Assembly (NCBI GenBank): GCA_051893155.1
Contig: JBJFGY010000017.1
Coordinates: forward strand, 1,677-65,676
Direction: 5' to 3'
Origin: Bacilli bacterium
Lineage (GTDB): Bacteria > Bacillota_I > Bacilli_A > RF39 > UBA660
DNA: 64,000 bases
In this document: piece by piece, positions 8,836 to 19,622 of the stretch
Position numbering within the stretch: the first letter of the stretch is position 1
Layout of the letters: each line of letters starts with the position of its first letter
Notes under the pieces: model-generated
The model's input: only the letters and a program-made list of their open reading frames with translations
Databases searched by the model: none
Told to the model about the DNA's origin: nothing
Translations under genes and position numbers: made by a program

Positions 8836-9660
8836 CTAAAAAACAAAAATAGTTAATAAGAATATTGCAAGGCCTAACGTTGCAACAATAGATAAAACTA
8901 GCAAAATATCAACATAACCATTACCAGATGATAATGCTGGTTTTGGATTTTTATAATCATATACTGCTTTATCTAATAAATAATCTTTATTTATTGCATT
9001 TTCATTTATATCAAAATAATTATATACTTTTTTATTTACTTCATCAAGTTCATCAGCAGATAATTTATTTATATCTTCTAAAGAATATTTTAATATTTCA
9101 TAAGCATCAATATTAAGAGTTTTTTTAGGTTTTTGTGGTTTATGATATTTACTTGTTTCCATAACTTTTGAAAAATATTTTTCAATTTCATTAGGATTTT
9201 TTGCCATCAAATAATTATATGATATTATTAGCATATTTGAAGAATTAGGAGTATAAAGTAAATCTTTAAAATTACATTGTTCATCTTTACTAATTTCCAT
9301 AGTTTTATTTTTTAAAGCAAACATATCAATAAGCATTTTTTGTAGATTTACAAAATCTTCAGAATTTTCATTTGTATAATAATTTTGAAAAGTTTTTTTA
9401 AATTTATCTACATTTAAATAACTATAACCATATTTTTCTAAATTATCATTCAATACTTGTTCATTATTTAAATAAAATGGATTTAATATATCTAGCTCAT
9501 CATAAATAATCATTAATAATCTTATAACTACAACCATAAATGAATTATACTTTACTCCTTCAGGAGAATTTTTACTATTTAAATAATCATTTATAGCAAT
9601 AGTAAATGCTTCATTTACAAAAACATTTTTCATACTCTCACCTATTATTAAGTATAGCAC
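8836..9660 (-). CDS. hypothetical C-tail-anchored protein
   Basis: 274 aa, soluble, with a single C-terminal TM (ILLVLSIVATLGLAIFLLTIFVF). The start may instead be MKNVF at about 9633. Confidence 0.4.
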   Translation of the reverse strand: MLYLIIGESMKNVFVNEAFTIAINDYLNSKNSPEGVKYNSFMVVVIRLLMIIYDELDILNPFYLNNEQVLNDNLEKYGYSYLNVDKFKKTFQNYYTNENSEDFVNLQKMLIDMFALKNKTMEISKDEQCNFKDLLYTPNSSNMLIISYNYLMAKNPNEIEKYFSKVMETSKYHKPQKPKKTLNIDAYEILKYSLEDINKLSADELDEVNKKVYNYFDINENAINKDYLLDKAVYDYKNPKPALSSGNGYVDILLVLSIVATLGLAIFLLTIFVF

Positions 9661-9665
9661 AAAAA

Positions 9666-10322
9666 TTATTTAATTGGAATATCTAAAATTGCGCCATCTT
9701 TTATAATACTATTACCATAAAACGAAGGTACTTTACCTTGAATTACTTTTGAACTTAATAATAAATCGTATTTTTCTTTATATTTTTCAATATTTATTGG
9801 TATTGTAATTAAATAATTTATTTCTAAATGTAAATAAATTTCTATTAAAGCATTATTTATTCCAAAATTTGTCACTTTAGTTTGAATATTTGCCACAATA
9901 GAATTAGTAAAATCATATTTTATCTTAATTTTAGGTCCCATATTTGCAAGCAATATATTATTACTACTTATAAGAATTGGAACTTCAATTATATCTTCTT
10001 TAATTATTGTTTTTTTTAAATTATTTATATAATCATTTAAAATAGTATATGACTTATTTAAATCATAATCAACATATATTATTTCATTATCATTATTTTG
10101 AACAATTTCTAAAAGATTATTAAAATTATCATTATATATAGTGTTAATATTTTTAATTATATTACTTTCAAGTTCTTCTTTTACTTTTTGATGTGTATAA
10201 CTTTCAAGTTTAGGGTTAATTTTTTTACTATAAATACTAAATAAAATAATAAATAAAAATAAGATTAAAATAAATGAAAACAATATATAATATTTTCTTT
10301 TAATCTTATCTTTTAATTTCAT
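9666..10322 (-). CDS. yunB: sporulation protein YunB-like
   Basis: N-terminal TM followed by an about 190-aa domain ending ...GINNALIEIYLHLEI...VPSFYG. The size and architecture resemble YunB. Assigned from memory of the family. Confidence 0.4.
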   Translation of the reverse strand: MKLKDKIKRKYYILFSFILILFLFIILFSIYSKKINPKLESYTHQKVKEELESNIIKNINTIYNDNFNNLLEIVQNNDNEIIYVDYDLNKSYTILNDYINNLKKTIIKEDIIEVPILISSNNILLANMGPKIKIKYDFTNSIVANIQTKVTNFGINNALIEIYLHLEINYLITIPINIEKYKEKYDLLLSSKVIQGKVPSFYGNSIIKDGAILDIPIK

Positions 10323-10338
10323 AATAAATAATATGCTT

Positions 10339-11160
10339 TTATAAAAAAGATTTTACTAAAATAATTGCCCCAGCAATAAAAGCTATAATAAGTAATAATA
10401 TAATTATTTTAACAAATATAGAGGATTTTCCATCTTCAATATCAGCAAAATCTTCAAAATCTTCTTTATTAAATTTAGTGGATTTAGTAAAAAATGATGT
10501 ATCCATAGATGTTTTAATTTCTTCATTATTTTCTTTTGAAACTTCTTCGAATACAGTTTCTTTAGTTATTTCATTATAATCTTTATCAACAATTTCTTTA
10601 ATTGTTTGAGTCTTATCACTACTTTTTAAATCTTCATATAAATCCAATGGATTATAATCATCATTATCATTTTTTAAAGATTTTTCATTAATAGTAATTG
10701 TATTAATTAAATTTTGCAATTCTTTAGCTGTTTCCTCTTTTATTGAATGATCATTTTCTTCATGTTCTTTAAAATCTAAACTATTTAAAATATCAAATTG
10801 GGTATTTCTTAATTTTTTATTTCGTTCTTCTGAATAATTATCTTCTTTATCTTCTTTTGCTTTATCTAAAATAACATTAATATCATATTCTTTTGTTTCT
10901 TCAACTTTTTTAACCGGAACTATCTCAGTATCAATTTTTATTGATTGTCTTTTGGGAGCATCTTTATAATGAGTATCTAATATACTTTTAATTTTTTCTA
11001 CATCAATGTTTCCTTTATTATCACCAATAACAGTTGCATTACTTTTCACTTCAAAATTATCAAGTTCAGTTTTACTTATTTGTTTATATAATTCCTGATT
11101 TCTTGAAGTTCTACTTACAACTTGGCCTTCTTCGTAATATTTATCTACTCTATGTTCCAT
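10339..11160 (-). CDS. acidic protein with a C-terminal TM anchor
   Basis: 273 aa, very D/E/K-rich, C-terminal IFVKIIILLLIIAFIAGAIILV. Confidence 0.4.
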   Translation of the reverse strand: MEHRVDKYYEEGQVVSRTSRNQELYKQISKTELDNFEVKSNATVIGDNKGNIDVEKIKSILDTHYKDAPKRQSIKIDTEIVPVKKVEETKEYDINVILDKAKEDKEDNYSEERNKKLRNTQFDILNSLDFKEHEENDHSIKEETAKELQNLINTITINEKSLKNDNDDYNPLDLYEDLKSSDKTQTIKEIVDKDYNEITKETVFEEVSKENNEEIKTSMDTSFFTKSTKFNKEDFEDFADIEDGKSSIFVKIIILLLIIAFIAGAIILVKSFL

Positions 11161-11220
11161 AAAACACCTCTACCTTTATAATAATAACACGTATATTTTA
11201 AAAAGTAAATTGTATCATTT

Positions 11221-11829
11221 TTATATTTCATCCTGTTTTTTTGAATAATTACATCCACAAAAATTTTGTCTATATAAGTTAAATACTTTAGAATACTCTA
11301 TTGATTTTTTATATCCATCTTCTTTTTTAAAATCACTATATAGATACTTTATATTATATTTTTTTTCTAAGTCAGAACCAATTTCATTTAAAATATTAGA
11401 ATTTTTATAAGGACTTACTGAAAGAGTTGTACAAAAATAATCATAATTTTTTTCTTTAGCAACTTTACATGTTTTTTCCATTCTTAAATAATAGCATCTA
11501 TGACACCTTTGCCCACCTTCAGGGCAATTTTCATATCCTTTTGCAATTTTCTTAAATTCAGTATTCTCATAATCACAATCTAAAAAATCTATTTTATTTT
11601 TAGTTTTTATTTTTTTTAATAGATTAATTTGTTCATCTTTCCTTTTTAAATATTCCTCTTGTGGTTCAATATTAGGATTATAATAAAATACTGTTATATC
11701 AAAATAATCTGAAAGTACTGAAATAACTTGTGTTGAGCATGGTGCACAACAACTATGAAGTAGTACTTTTGGAATATAATCTAAATTATTTATAGTCTGT
11801 TTTAAAACTTCATTATAATTTGTTTTCAT
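11221..11829 (-). CDS. queH: epoxyqueuosine reductase QueH (DUF208)
   Basis: LLHSCCAPCS plus a downstream CxxC...C pattern, diagnostic of QueH. Confidence 0.8.
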   Translation of the reverse strand: MKTNYNEVLKQTINNLDYIPKVLLHSCCAPCSTQVISVLSDYFDITVFYYNPNIEPQEEYLKRKDEQINLLKKIKTKNKIDFLDCDYENTEFKKIAKGYENCPEGGQRCHRCYYLRMEKTCKVAKEKNYDYFCTTLSVSPYKNSNILNEIGSDLEKKYNIKYLYSDFKKEDGYKKSIEYSKVFNLYRQNFCGCNYSKKQDEI

Positions 11830-11882
11830 ACATTTTTCCTTCTTAAGTATTTTAACACTTTAATAATTAAAATACTATAAAA

Positions 11883-12614
11883 TTATTTATCTATATCTTC
11901 CCCGTATTTTTTAAAAACAAAATTCGAACTACTACTATCTAAATAAAGTATTCCTTTTTCCTCTAAGACAGAATAAATTTCCTGATATTTATTTAATTTA
12001 TCTATATTTACTAAATTAATGTATATTGTATTTCCATCTTTCATTCTAAGTAAAAATCTTTCATCATCAATAACTGTATCTTCATATTTATCAATTGAAT
12101 ATTCTATTTCACTAATCATTTGATAATTACTATCGTCTATTTTAGATAATGAATTAATTAAATTTTTATATATTTCACTAGGCACATAATTAACTAAAAT
12201 TGGATAGCCAATATATTCATTACTATTTTCTATTTCTTCTCCATTTGACAAAACTATTTTTTTAGTAAGTGAATTTAAAAATAATATTTTATTTTCTTCA
12301 ATTTCAATTTCAATTGTACCATTAAAATTTCTTTTAATATATGCTTTATTAATTAATGGATTATTTTCTAAATTTGTTTTTATTTTATTTGTACTTATTT
12401 TAAAAATTGAATCTTTATAACTAATATTAGCATAACTAATTATTTGTGTATCATTTAATATATTATTTCCTTTAATACTTATATTTTTAATAGGCATTTT
12501 AAGAAAATAATAAATTAAAGTTAATATTAAATATATAAATAATAGTAAAAAAATTAATCCCATTAATCTAATTTTTTTATGTTTCTTCTGATTTTTTTTC
12601 ATAATGAAGACCAC
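11883..12614 (-). CDS. divIB: cell division protein DivIB/FtsQ
   Basis: N-terminal TM followed by a POTRA-like segment (IKNISIKGNNILNDTQIISYANI). It sits directly downstream of murG-murB, as in the Firmicute dcw arrangement. Confidence 0.6.
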   Translation of the reverse strand: MVFIMKKNQKKHKKIRLMGLIFLLLFIYLILTLIYYFLKMPIKNISIKGNNILNDTQIISYANISYKDSIFKISTNKIKTNLENNPLINKAYIKRNFNGTIEIEIEENKILFLNSLTKKIVLSNGEEIENSNEYIGYPILVNYVPSEIYKNLINSLSKIDDSNYQMISEIEYSIDKYEDTVIDDERFLLRMKDGNTIYINLVNIDKLNKYQEIYSVLEEKGILYLDSSSSNFVFKKYGEDIDK

Positions 12615-13474
12615 CTTACTATAATAGGTTCTGTTTCTAAAGAAATACCATAATTTTCAAATACTTTAATTTTAATAAAATTAATTAATTCTATTACATC
12701 TTTAAAAGAAGCATTACCAATATTTACAATAAAGTTTGCATGTTTTTCACTTATTTTAGCATCATTTATATGAAATCCTTTTAAATTAAGACTATCAATT
12801 AATTTCCCTGCACTTGCATTTTCTGGATTTTTAAATATACTTCCTACACATTTTTCATTTAGCGGTTGACTTTGTAATCTTTTTTCATTATTTTCTTTCA
12901 TATCTTTTAAAGCTTTTATAGGGTCACCTTTTTCTAACATAAATGTTACTGATAAAATTATACAATCATTTAAATTTGTAAATCTATAACCATAACTTAT
13001 TTCACTTTTAAGTATTTCTTTAACTTCAAAATCTTTTGTAAGTACTTTAACTTTATAAACATATTCCATCATATTATGATTATAACAGCCAGCATTTCCC
13101 ATAACTGATGCTCCAACAGTTCCTGGAATCAGTGAAGCAAAAGTTAAAGAAACTAACCCTTCCTGAAGACATACATTATTTAAAAATCCTAACTTTACGC
13201 CACATGAAGCCGTTACAAAATTATCATTTATTTCTATTTTATTTAAATTATTAAGTCTAATTACAACCCCATCAAAATATGAATCATCTAATATAACATT
13301 AGAACCATTACCCAATATATAATATTTAATATTATTATTTTTTAAATGTTTAAGTAAATTTATTAAACAATTTTCATTTTTTACTTCAATCAAATATTTA
13401 CATTTTCCTCCTATACCAAAAGTAGTATATTTTTTTAAATCTGCATTTTCTAAAACATTTCCATATTCATTCAT
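12599..13474 (-). CDS. murB: UDP-N-acetylenolpyruvoylglucosamine reductase
   Basis: FGIGGKCKYLIEV...ILGNGSNVI... with an FAD-binding PCMH domain and a C-terminal MurB domain. Confidence 0.9.
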   Translation of the reverse strand: MNEYGNVLENADLKKYTTFGIGGKCKYLIEVKNENCLINLLKHLKNNNIKYYILGNGSNVILDDSYFDGVVIRLNNLNKIEINDNFVTASCGVKLGFLNNVCLQEGLVSLTFASLIPGTVGASVMGNAGCYNHNMMEYVYKVKVLTKDFEVKEILKSEISYGYRFTNLNDCIILSVTFMLEKGDPIKALKDMKENNEKRLQSQPLNEKCVGSIFKNPENASAGKLIDSLNLKGFHINDAKISEKHANFIVNIGNASFKDVIELINFIKIKVFENYGISLETEPIIVRWSSL

Positions 13475-14565
13475 TTTAAAAGTTCCTTTATTTCATTATA
13501 GATAATTTCTGAACTACTTATCATATTGATTTTTTCTAAATTATTTTTCATTTCTTGATATTCTTTACTATTATTAAGTAAATCATTAACTTTATCATAT
13601 AATTTATCCATATTCAAATCTTTTTCCTCAATTAAAATAGATAAATTTTTACTTTTTAAATCTAATGCATTATAATATTGATGATTATTTGCAACATTTG
13701 GAGAAGGAATTAATATTGAAGGCACTTTTGAAGTAATTATTTCTGATATGGTACTAGCTCCTGCTCTTGAAATAATTAAATCAACATTTCTAAGTAGTCC
13801 TGACATATTATCTAAAAATGGAAGTATCTTAATATTTTTAGAAAATGTTTTGTCATTAATAAAATCATCATAATGTTTTTTACCAGTTATATATAATACT
13901 TCATAATTATCTTTTTCATTAACTTTAGATAAAAAGCCTAAAAATATATTATTAATACTTTCGCTTCCTAATGATCCTGATACAATTAAAAGAAGTTTTT
14001 TATTTTTATGTAGTCCTAAGCTTTCTTTAGTAATTTCTTTTGTTTTTAAAGCATTTTCTCCCGCAGGATTACCCGTATAAATACATTTTTTTGCTTTAGT
14101 AAAAAATCTATTACTATTTTCATATGAAGTGCATACTAAATCAACATTTTTAGCTAAAATTTTATTTGTTTTACCAGGAATACTATTTTGTTCATGTATA
14201 ACAGTTTTAATACCTAATTTCTTTGCAACATAAATAACAGGCATGGTAACATATCCACCAGCACCTATAACAACATCAGGTTTAAAATCTTGCATTATTT
14301 TATAGCATTTATTAATGGCTTTTTTGATTAAGATAATATTTTTAAAATCTCTTAAAATCATTGTTTTGCTAAAACCATATATTTCAAGTGGAATATATTT
14401 TATATTAAGATTAGGAATAATATCTTTTTCCATTCTATTATGAGTTCCAATATATAAAATATTTAAATTTTTTTCTTTTTCTTTAAATTTATTAATAATA
14501 GCTAAAGCAGGATTAATATGACCCCCTGTTCCACCAGCGCTTACTATAATATTCATAAAAATCAC
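13471..14565 (-). CDS. murG: UDP-N-acetylglucosamine--N-acetylmuramyl-(pentapeptide) pyrophosphoryl-undecaprenol N-acetylglucosamine transferase
   Basis: IIVSAGGTGGHINPALAI is the MurG G-loop. 364 aa. The stop overlaps the murB start. Confidence 0.9.
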   Translation of the reverse strand: MIFMNIIVSAGGTGGHINPALAIINKFKEKEKNLNILYIGTHNRMEKDIIPNLNIKYIPLEIYGFSKTMILRDFKNIILIKKAINKCYKIMQDFKPDVVIGAGGYVTMPVIYVAKKLGIKTVIHEQNSIPGKTNKILAKNVDLVCTSYENSNRFFTKAKKCIYTGNPAGENALKTKEITKESLGLHKNKKLLLIVSGSLGSESINNIFLGFLSKVNEKDNYEVLYITGKKHYDDFINDKTFSKNIKILPFLDNMSGLLRNVDLIISRAGASTISEIITSKVPSILIPSPNVANNHQYYNALDLKSKNLSILIEEKDLNMDKLYDKVNDLLNNSKEYQEMKNNLEKINMISSSEIIYNEIKELLK

Positions 14566-14731
14566 CTATCTATCTATTTAATATTATACAAAAATATGTA
14601 CTTTTTTACAATTACTATGTTTATTTACTAAATATTTAAAAATATGCATTCTTCTAATTAACATTTTTTTACAAATTTAAAATAACAAATTCAACGTTTA
14701 ATGTATATATTTTTTTTCATAATAATATTAG

Positions 14732-16159
14732 GTGATTATTTTGGATAATATTTCAATATGGCAAAAATATAATGAAAATAATATAAATAATAGTAAGTTT
14801 CAAACAATAAATACTGATATTTTAATTATTGGTGGAGGCATTGCAGGTTTAGTAACTACCTATATGTTATCACAAAATAATCAAAATATTACCTTAATTG
14901 ATAAAAATAATATTGGAAATGGTATAACAAATAAAACTACTGCAAAGATAACATTTTTACAAGGAATAATTTACCAAACTTTACAAAAAAATTTTAATAT
15001 AGACATATCAAAAACATATTATAATTCTCAAAAAGAAGCTATAAAATTAATAGAAAAAATAATAAATGATAATAAAATTTCCTGTGATTTTAAAAAAAGT
15101 AATTCAATTTTATTTACAATAGATCAAAAAAATATTTCTAAAATAATAAAAGAAAAAGAAATATTAAAAAGTTTTGGTGAAAATATAATTGATGTAAATA
15201 ATAAAAGTATAAAAAAAGGTTTTAGTGTTGATAATACTTATGTTTTTAATCCAATTAAATTTTTAAATGGTTTAAAAAAAATATTAAAAAAGAAAATTAA
15301 TATTTATGAAAATGTTTTAGCTACAAAAATTAAATATCAAAATAATAAGTTTAAGATTATAACAGATAAAGGCACAATTATTGCAAATAAAATAATTATT
15401 GCTTGTCATTATCCTTTCTTTACTGTTCCAATGCTATTACCTTTAAAAACTTATATTAAAAGAGAATATGTTTGTGCTGGTAAAACTAATGAAAATAAAG
15501 ATTTTAATGCTATAAATATTGATAAAAATTTACATTCAATAAGATATTATGATAATTATCTAATTTATACTTCAAATGAACATAAATTAACAAATAAAAT
15601 TAATTATGAAAATAATTATGTTCAAAGTATTAATGATTTTAAGAAATATTTCAATCTAAATATAGAATATAATTGGATGAATCAAGATATAGTAAGTAAT
15701 GATTATTTACCATTTATTGGGAAAATAAAAAATAATTTTTATATTTTAACATCTTTTAATACCTGGGGTATGACAAATGCCACGATTGGAGCCAAAATAA
15801 TAAATGATTTAATTAATAATAAGGAAAATGAATATCAAAAAATTTTTAATCCTAATAGGATTAATTTTACTTTAATTAAAAATTCATTTTTAAATATATT
15901 TAGTTATTTGAAAGTTTATATTGTCTCATTATTTAAGAAAAATAATCCTTATTATATAAAAATAAAAGGAGTTATATATGGCATATATGTTGATGAAAAT
16001 AAACAAAAACATAAAGTTAAATTAATTTGTCCTCATTTAAAATGTAATTTAATATTTAATAATAAAGAAAAGACATGGGATTGCCCATGTCATGGTTCTA
16101 GATTTGATATAGATGGTAAATTAATTTACGGACCATCTACTAAAAATATTGATAAATAA
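14732..16159 (+). CDS. FAD-dependent oxidoreductase fused to a C-terminal Rieske [2Fe-2S] domain (YhfW-like)
   Basis: ILIIGGGIAGL is a dinucleotide-binding motif at the N-terminus. C-terminal CPHLKC...CPCHGSRFD is a Rieske CxH...CxxH pattern. Confidence 0.75.
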   Translation: MIILDNISIWQKYNENNINNSKFQTINTDILIIGGGIAGLVTTYMLSQNNQNITLIDKNNIGNGITNKTTAKITFLQGIIYQTLQKNFNIDISKTYYNSQKEAIKLIEKIINDNKISCDFKKSNSILFTIDQKNISKIIKEKEILKSFGENIIDVNNKSIKKGFSVDNTYVFNPIKFLNGLKKILKKKINIYENVLATKIKYQNNKFKIITDKGTIIANKIIIACHYPFFTVPMLLPLKTYIKREYVCAGKTNENKDFNAINIDKNLHSIRYYDNYLIYTSNEHKLTNKINYENNYVQSINDFKKYFNLNIEYNWMNQDIVSNDYLPFIGKIKNNFYILTSFNTWGMTNATIGAKIINDLINNKENEYQKIFNPNRINFTLIKNSFLNIFSYLKVYIVSLFKKNNPYYIKIKGVIYGIYVDENKQKHKVKLICPHLKCNLIFNNKEKTWDCPCHGSRFDIDGKLIYGPSTKNIDK

Positions 16160-16651
16160 TTATTCAATTATACATATTTTATTATTATTTAGACTTTTTT
16201 GAACATCAATTACTCTTTGATTAGATGATCCTTTCCATTTTAATGTTGGATTATGTAAATTATTTATAAATTGTCCATCAACTAAAACATCTATATATTT
16301 AAGTACTTCTTTATCTTTTAAATCTTTATCAAATAAATATCCACTCCATACCCAAAGATTTTTATTTGGAAATTTTTCTTTAAATGCTTTAGCAAGAGCT
16401 GTTGTTCCATCGATATTATTTGGATGCATTGGTTCTCCTCCTAAAATTGAAAGTCCAACAATATAATCTTTATCACAAAGATCTAATATTTTTTTAATAG
16501 TTTCATCATTAAAATCTAATCCACCATTAAAATCCCACGTTTCCTTGTTAAAGCAATTTTCACAATGGAAAGCACATCCTTGCATAAATATTGAAACTCT
16601 TACACCAGGTCCATTAGATATATCCATTTTTCTTATTTTATTGTATTTCAT
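16160..16651 (-). CDS. nrdG: anaerobic ribonucleoside-triphosphate reductase activating protein (radical SAM)
   Basis: GPGVRVSIFMQGCAFHCENCFNKETW matches the NrdG cluster motif. 163 aa. Confidence 0.85.
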   Translation of the reverse strand: MKYNKIRKMDISNGPGVRVSIFMQGCAFHCENCFNKETWDFNGGLDFNDETIKKILDLCDKDYIVGLSILGGEPMHPNNIDGTTALAKAFKEKFPNKNLWVWSGYLFDKDLKDKEVLKYIDVLVDGQFINNLHNPTLKWKGSSNQRVIDVQKSLNNNKICIIE

Positions 16652-16653
16652 TA

Positions 16654-18807
16654 TTATGCATCCTTATTATCTATATGAATTACCCTTTCCTTTATTTCTT
16701 GAGTTCTACCTTTATTCCAGAAATTTGTACCAATATAACCACATGTTCTTCTTGCAACATTTAATTTATTATGATCTCTATTTCCACAATTTGGACAATA
16801 CCATTCTAAATTATCATCAATTAATATTTCTCCAGTATAGCCACATTCTTGACAATAATCAGATTTAGTATTTAGTTCAGCATACATGATATTATCATAA
16901 ATATAACTTATTACCTCTAAAACAACATCTAAATTATTTTCAAGATTTGGTGTTTCAATATAACTTATCGCTCCACCTGGAGAAAGTTTTTGAAACTCAC
17001 TTTCAAGTTTTAATTTAGTAAAAGCATCAATTTCTTCGAATACTGGAACATGATATGAATTTGTAATATAATCACGATCTGTTATACCTTTAATTGTACC
17101 AAAACGTTCTTTTAAACATTTAGCAAATTTATATGTTGTTGATTCGATTGGAGTTCCATAAACAGAATAATCGATGTCTTCTTCTTCTTTCCATTTTTTG
17201 CATTTATCATTCATATATTGCATAACTTTTAAGCCAAATTCTTTACCTACTGATCCATCTGTATGAGAGTGTCCTGTCATATATTTTACACATTCATATA
17301 AACCTGCATAACCTAAAGAAATAGTTGAATAGCCATGATGAAGTAATTCATGAATACTTTGGCCTTTTTCAAGTCTTGCAAGAGCACCATGTTGCCATAG
17401 TATTGGAGCTACATCACTAGTAACTTTTGAAAGTCTTTTATGTCTTATTTGAAGAGCTCTATGACATAGTTCAAGTCTTTCATCAAATATTTTCCAAAAT
17501 AAGTCCATATCCTTATCAGATGAAAGCGCAACATCAGGAAGATTAATAGTTACAACACCTTGATTAAATCTACCATAATATTTTGGATTACCTTTTTCAT
17601 CAACATATGGAGTTAAGAAACTTCTGCATCCCATACATGGATAGCATTGTCCGTTACCATTTTTATCAATTTTTAATTGCTTCATTATTTTTTCAGATAT
17701 ATAATCTGGAACCATTCTTTTAGCAGTACATTTAGCAGCAAGTTCAGTTAAATAATAATACTTTGTTCCTTTTTTAACATTATCTTCTTCAAGAACATAA
17801 AGAAGTTTTGGAAATGCAGGAGTAATATAAATACCTTTTTCATTTTTCATTCCTTCAATTCTTTGTTTTAAAACTTCTTCAATGATCATAGCAAGTTCAT
17901 CTTTATATTCATCAGTTTCATTTAAATACATACATACGCTTAAAAAAGGAGCTTGACCATTAGTTGTAGTCATAGAATTAATTTGATATTGAAAAGTTTG
18001 TACACCATCTGTTATTTCTTTTTTTAAATCCTCTTTAGCATACTTTTCACAATCTTCTTTTTTAAATTTTCTTTTCTTATATTTTTCTAAATATTTTTCA
18101 TAACTACTTCTTACAAAAGGTGCTAAATGAGTAAGAGTTATAGTACATCCACCATATTGGCTTGATGATACTGCAGTAATAATTTGAGTTGCAATTGTCA
18201 TTGCTGTTAAAAATCTATGAGGTTTTTCTATCATAACTCCATTGATATTTGTTCCATTTTGAAGCATATCTTCAAGATTTATTAAATCACAATTATGTAA
18301 TGCATTTTGAGCAAAATAATCAGCATCATGAAAATGAATAATACCTTCATCATGAGCTTTTACTATATCTTCAGTAAGTAAAAATCTTCTTGTAATATCT
18401 GTTGAAGTAATACCTGCTAAATAATCTCTTTGAGTAGTAACAACTCTAGCATTTTTATTAGAATTTTCTGTATTCCAATATTCACTTTCTCCATCAATTA
18501 ATTCTTTAATAGATAAATCTGTTGTATTACTTTTTCTAACTAATTCTCTTGTATAACGATAAGTAATATATTCTTTTGCTAAAGCATATTTTCCAAGTGC
18601 CATTAAACGATATTCAATAATGTCCTGAATATCTTCAACAAGCATTCTTTTTTTCTTTAAACCCTCTATATATTTAATAATATTTTTAATTTGAATATCG
18701 CTTACTCTATCTTCTTCAGCAACTTCCTCATTTGCCTTTTTAATGGCTATTTCAATTTTTTCAGGACAATAATCAACTATATGCCCATCACGTTTTACTA
18801 TTTTCAT
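16654..18807 (-). CDS. nrdD: anaerobic ribonucleoside-triphosphate reductase
   Basis: ATP-cone N-terminus (MKIVKRDGHIVDY), a C-terminal glycyl-radical motif region with a CxxC...CxxC zinc ribbon, ...RTCGYIG. Start moved to the ATG preceded by GGAGGT. Confidence 0.9.
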   Translation of the reverse strand: MKIVKRDGHIVDYCPEKIEIAIKKANEEVAEEDRVSDIQIKNIIKYIEGLKKKRMLVEDIQDIIEYRLMALGKYALAKEYITYRYTRELVRKSNTTDLSIKELIDGESEYWNTENSNKNARVVTTQRDYLAGITSTDITRRFLLTEDIVKAHDEGIIHFHDADYFAQNALHNCDLINLEDMLQNGTNINGVMIEKPHRFLTAMTIATQIITAVSSSQYGGCTITLTHLAPFVRSSYEKYLEKYKKRKFKKEDCEKYAKEDLKKEITDGVQTFQYQINSMTTTNGQAPFLSVCMYLNETDEYKDELAMIIEEVLKQRIEGMKNEKGIYITPAFPKLLYVLEEDNVKKGTKYYYLTELAAKCTAKRMVPDYISEKIMKQLKIDKNGNGQCYPCMGCRSFLTPYVDEKGNPKYYGRFNQGVVTINLPDVALSSDKDMDLFWKIFDERLELCHRALQIRHKRLSKVTSDVAPILWQHGALARLEKGQSIHELLHHGYSTISLGYAGLYECVKYMTGHSHTDGSVGKEFGLKVMQYMNDKCKKWKEEEDIDYSVYGTPIESTTYKFAKCLKERFGTIKGITDRDYITNSYHVPVFEEIDAFTKLKLESEFQKLSPGGAISYIETPNLENNLDVVLEVISYIYDNIMYAELNTKSDYCQECGYTGEILIDDNLEWYCPNCGNRDHNKLNVARRTCGYIGTNFWNKGRTQEIKERVIHIDNKDA

Positions 18808-18868
18808 TTTTACCTCCACTTCTATTTTAAAACTACATTAAATATATCATAATTTATAATAATATAAA

Positions 18869-18882
18869 GTTGCAATTGCAAC
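18869..18882. promoter_or_regulatory. 14-bp perfect palindrome GTTGCAATTGCAAC in the nrdD / crp-fnr divergent promoter region
   Basis: Seen directly. Each half is TTGCAA, a -35-like hexamer, with TATAAA-like -10 elements about 17 nt away on both strands. Confidence 0.3.
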
Positions 18883-18923
18883 ACTTTTTAAAAAATGATA
18901 AAATTTTACTATAGAGGTGTAAA

Positions 18924-19565
18924 GTGAAAGATTTATTTGAAAATATTTGTGAAAAAGATAAAAAGAAATTAGAACAAAACTTAGAGGCAACTACCTACAC
19001 TTTTCATAAAAATCAAAGCATTTCAAAGTATTTAAAAGAACATATAATTGGAGTTATTTTAAATGGAACTGCCAAAATTATTCATACTGATTATAATGGG
19101 AATAGTATTGTTATTGATGAACTATATGAAAATTCTATTTTTGGTTCAAACATATCATTTCTATATAATAGTGAATATGAAATTATTGCTTATGAAGAAA
19201 CAAAAGTATTAATATTTGATTATGATTTAATTTTAAAATATGATTCATCCTCTAATTATTTTAATCAATTTTTAAAAAATTTAATTGGAATTATAAATAA
19301 TATTATTGAAGAAAAAAATAATCGTTTACAAATTATAAGTAAAAAAACCATCCGAGATAAATTACTTGAATACTTTAATATAGAAAGTAGAAAACATGGA
19401 AGTAGTACTATATATTTACCATTTACTTATGCTGAACTTGCAGATTTTTTAGCAATCGATCGAAGTGCAATGCATCGTGAACTTAAAAATTTAAAAGAAG
19501 AAAATATTATTGATATAAAAGGCAAAAAAATCATTTTGCTTTATAGACATTCATTTGTAATATAA
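18924..19565 (+). CDS. Crp/Fnr family transcriptional regulator
   Basis: N-terminal cNMP-binding-like beta barrel. C-terminal HTH TYAELADFLAIDRSAMHRELKNL. GTG start. Confidence 0.75.
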   Translation: MKDLFENICEKDKKKLEQNLEATTYTFHKNQSISKYLKEHIIGVILNGTAKIIHTDYNGNSIVIDELYENSIFGSNISFLYNSEYEIIAYEETKVLIFDYDLILKYDSSSNYFNQFLKNLIGIINNIIEEKNNRLQIISKKTIRDKLLEYFNIESRKHGSSTIYLPFTYAELADFLAIDRSAMHRELKNLKEENIIDIKGKKIILLYRHSFVI

Positions 19566-19622
19566 TTACTTGAAAATATTGTCTAAACTAAAGTATAATA
19601 ATAATGAAAAGGAAATGATTTT

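Noticed and set aside
8417-9116. Track ORFs 8417..8677(+) and 8928..9116(+)
   Set aside because: Low-complexity I/F/Y-rich frames antisense to better-supported minus-strand genes. Typical AT-rich shadow ORFs.
16545-16868. Track ORF 16545..16868(+)
   Set aside because: Antisense across the nrdG/nrdD junction. No RBS. Shadow ORF.
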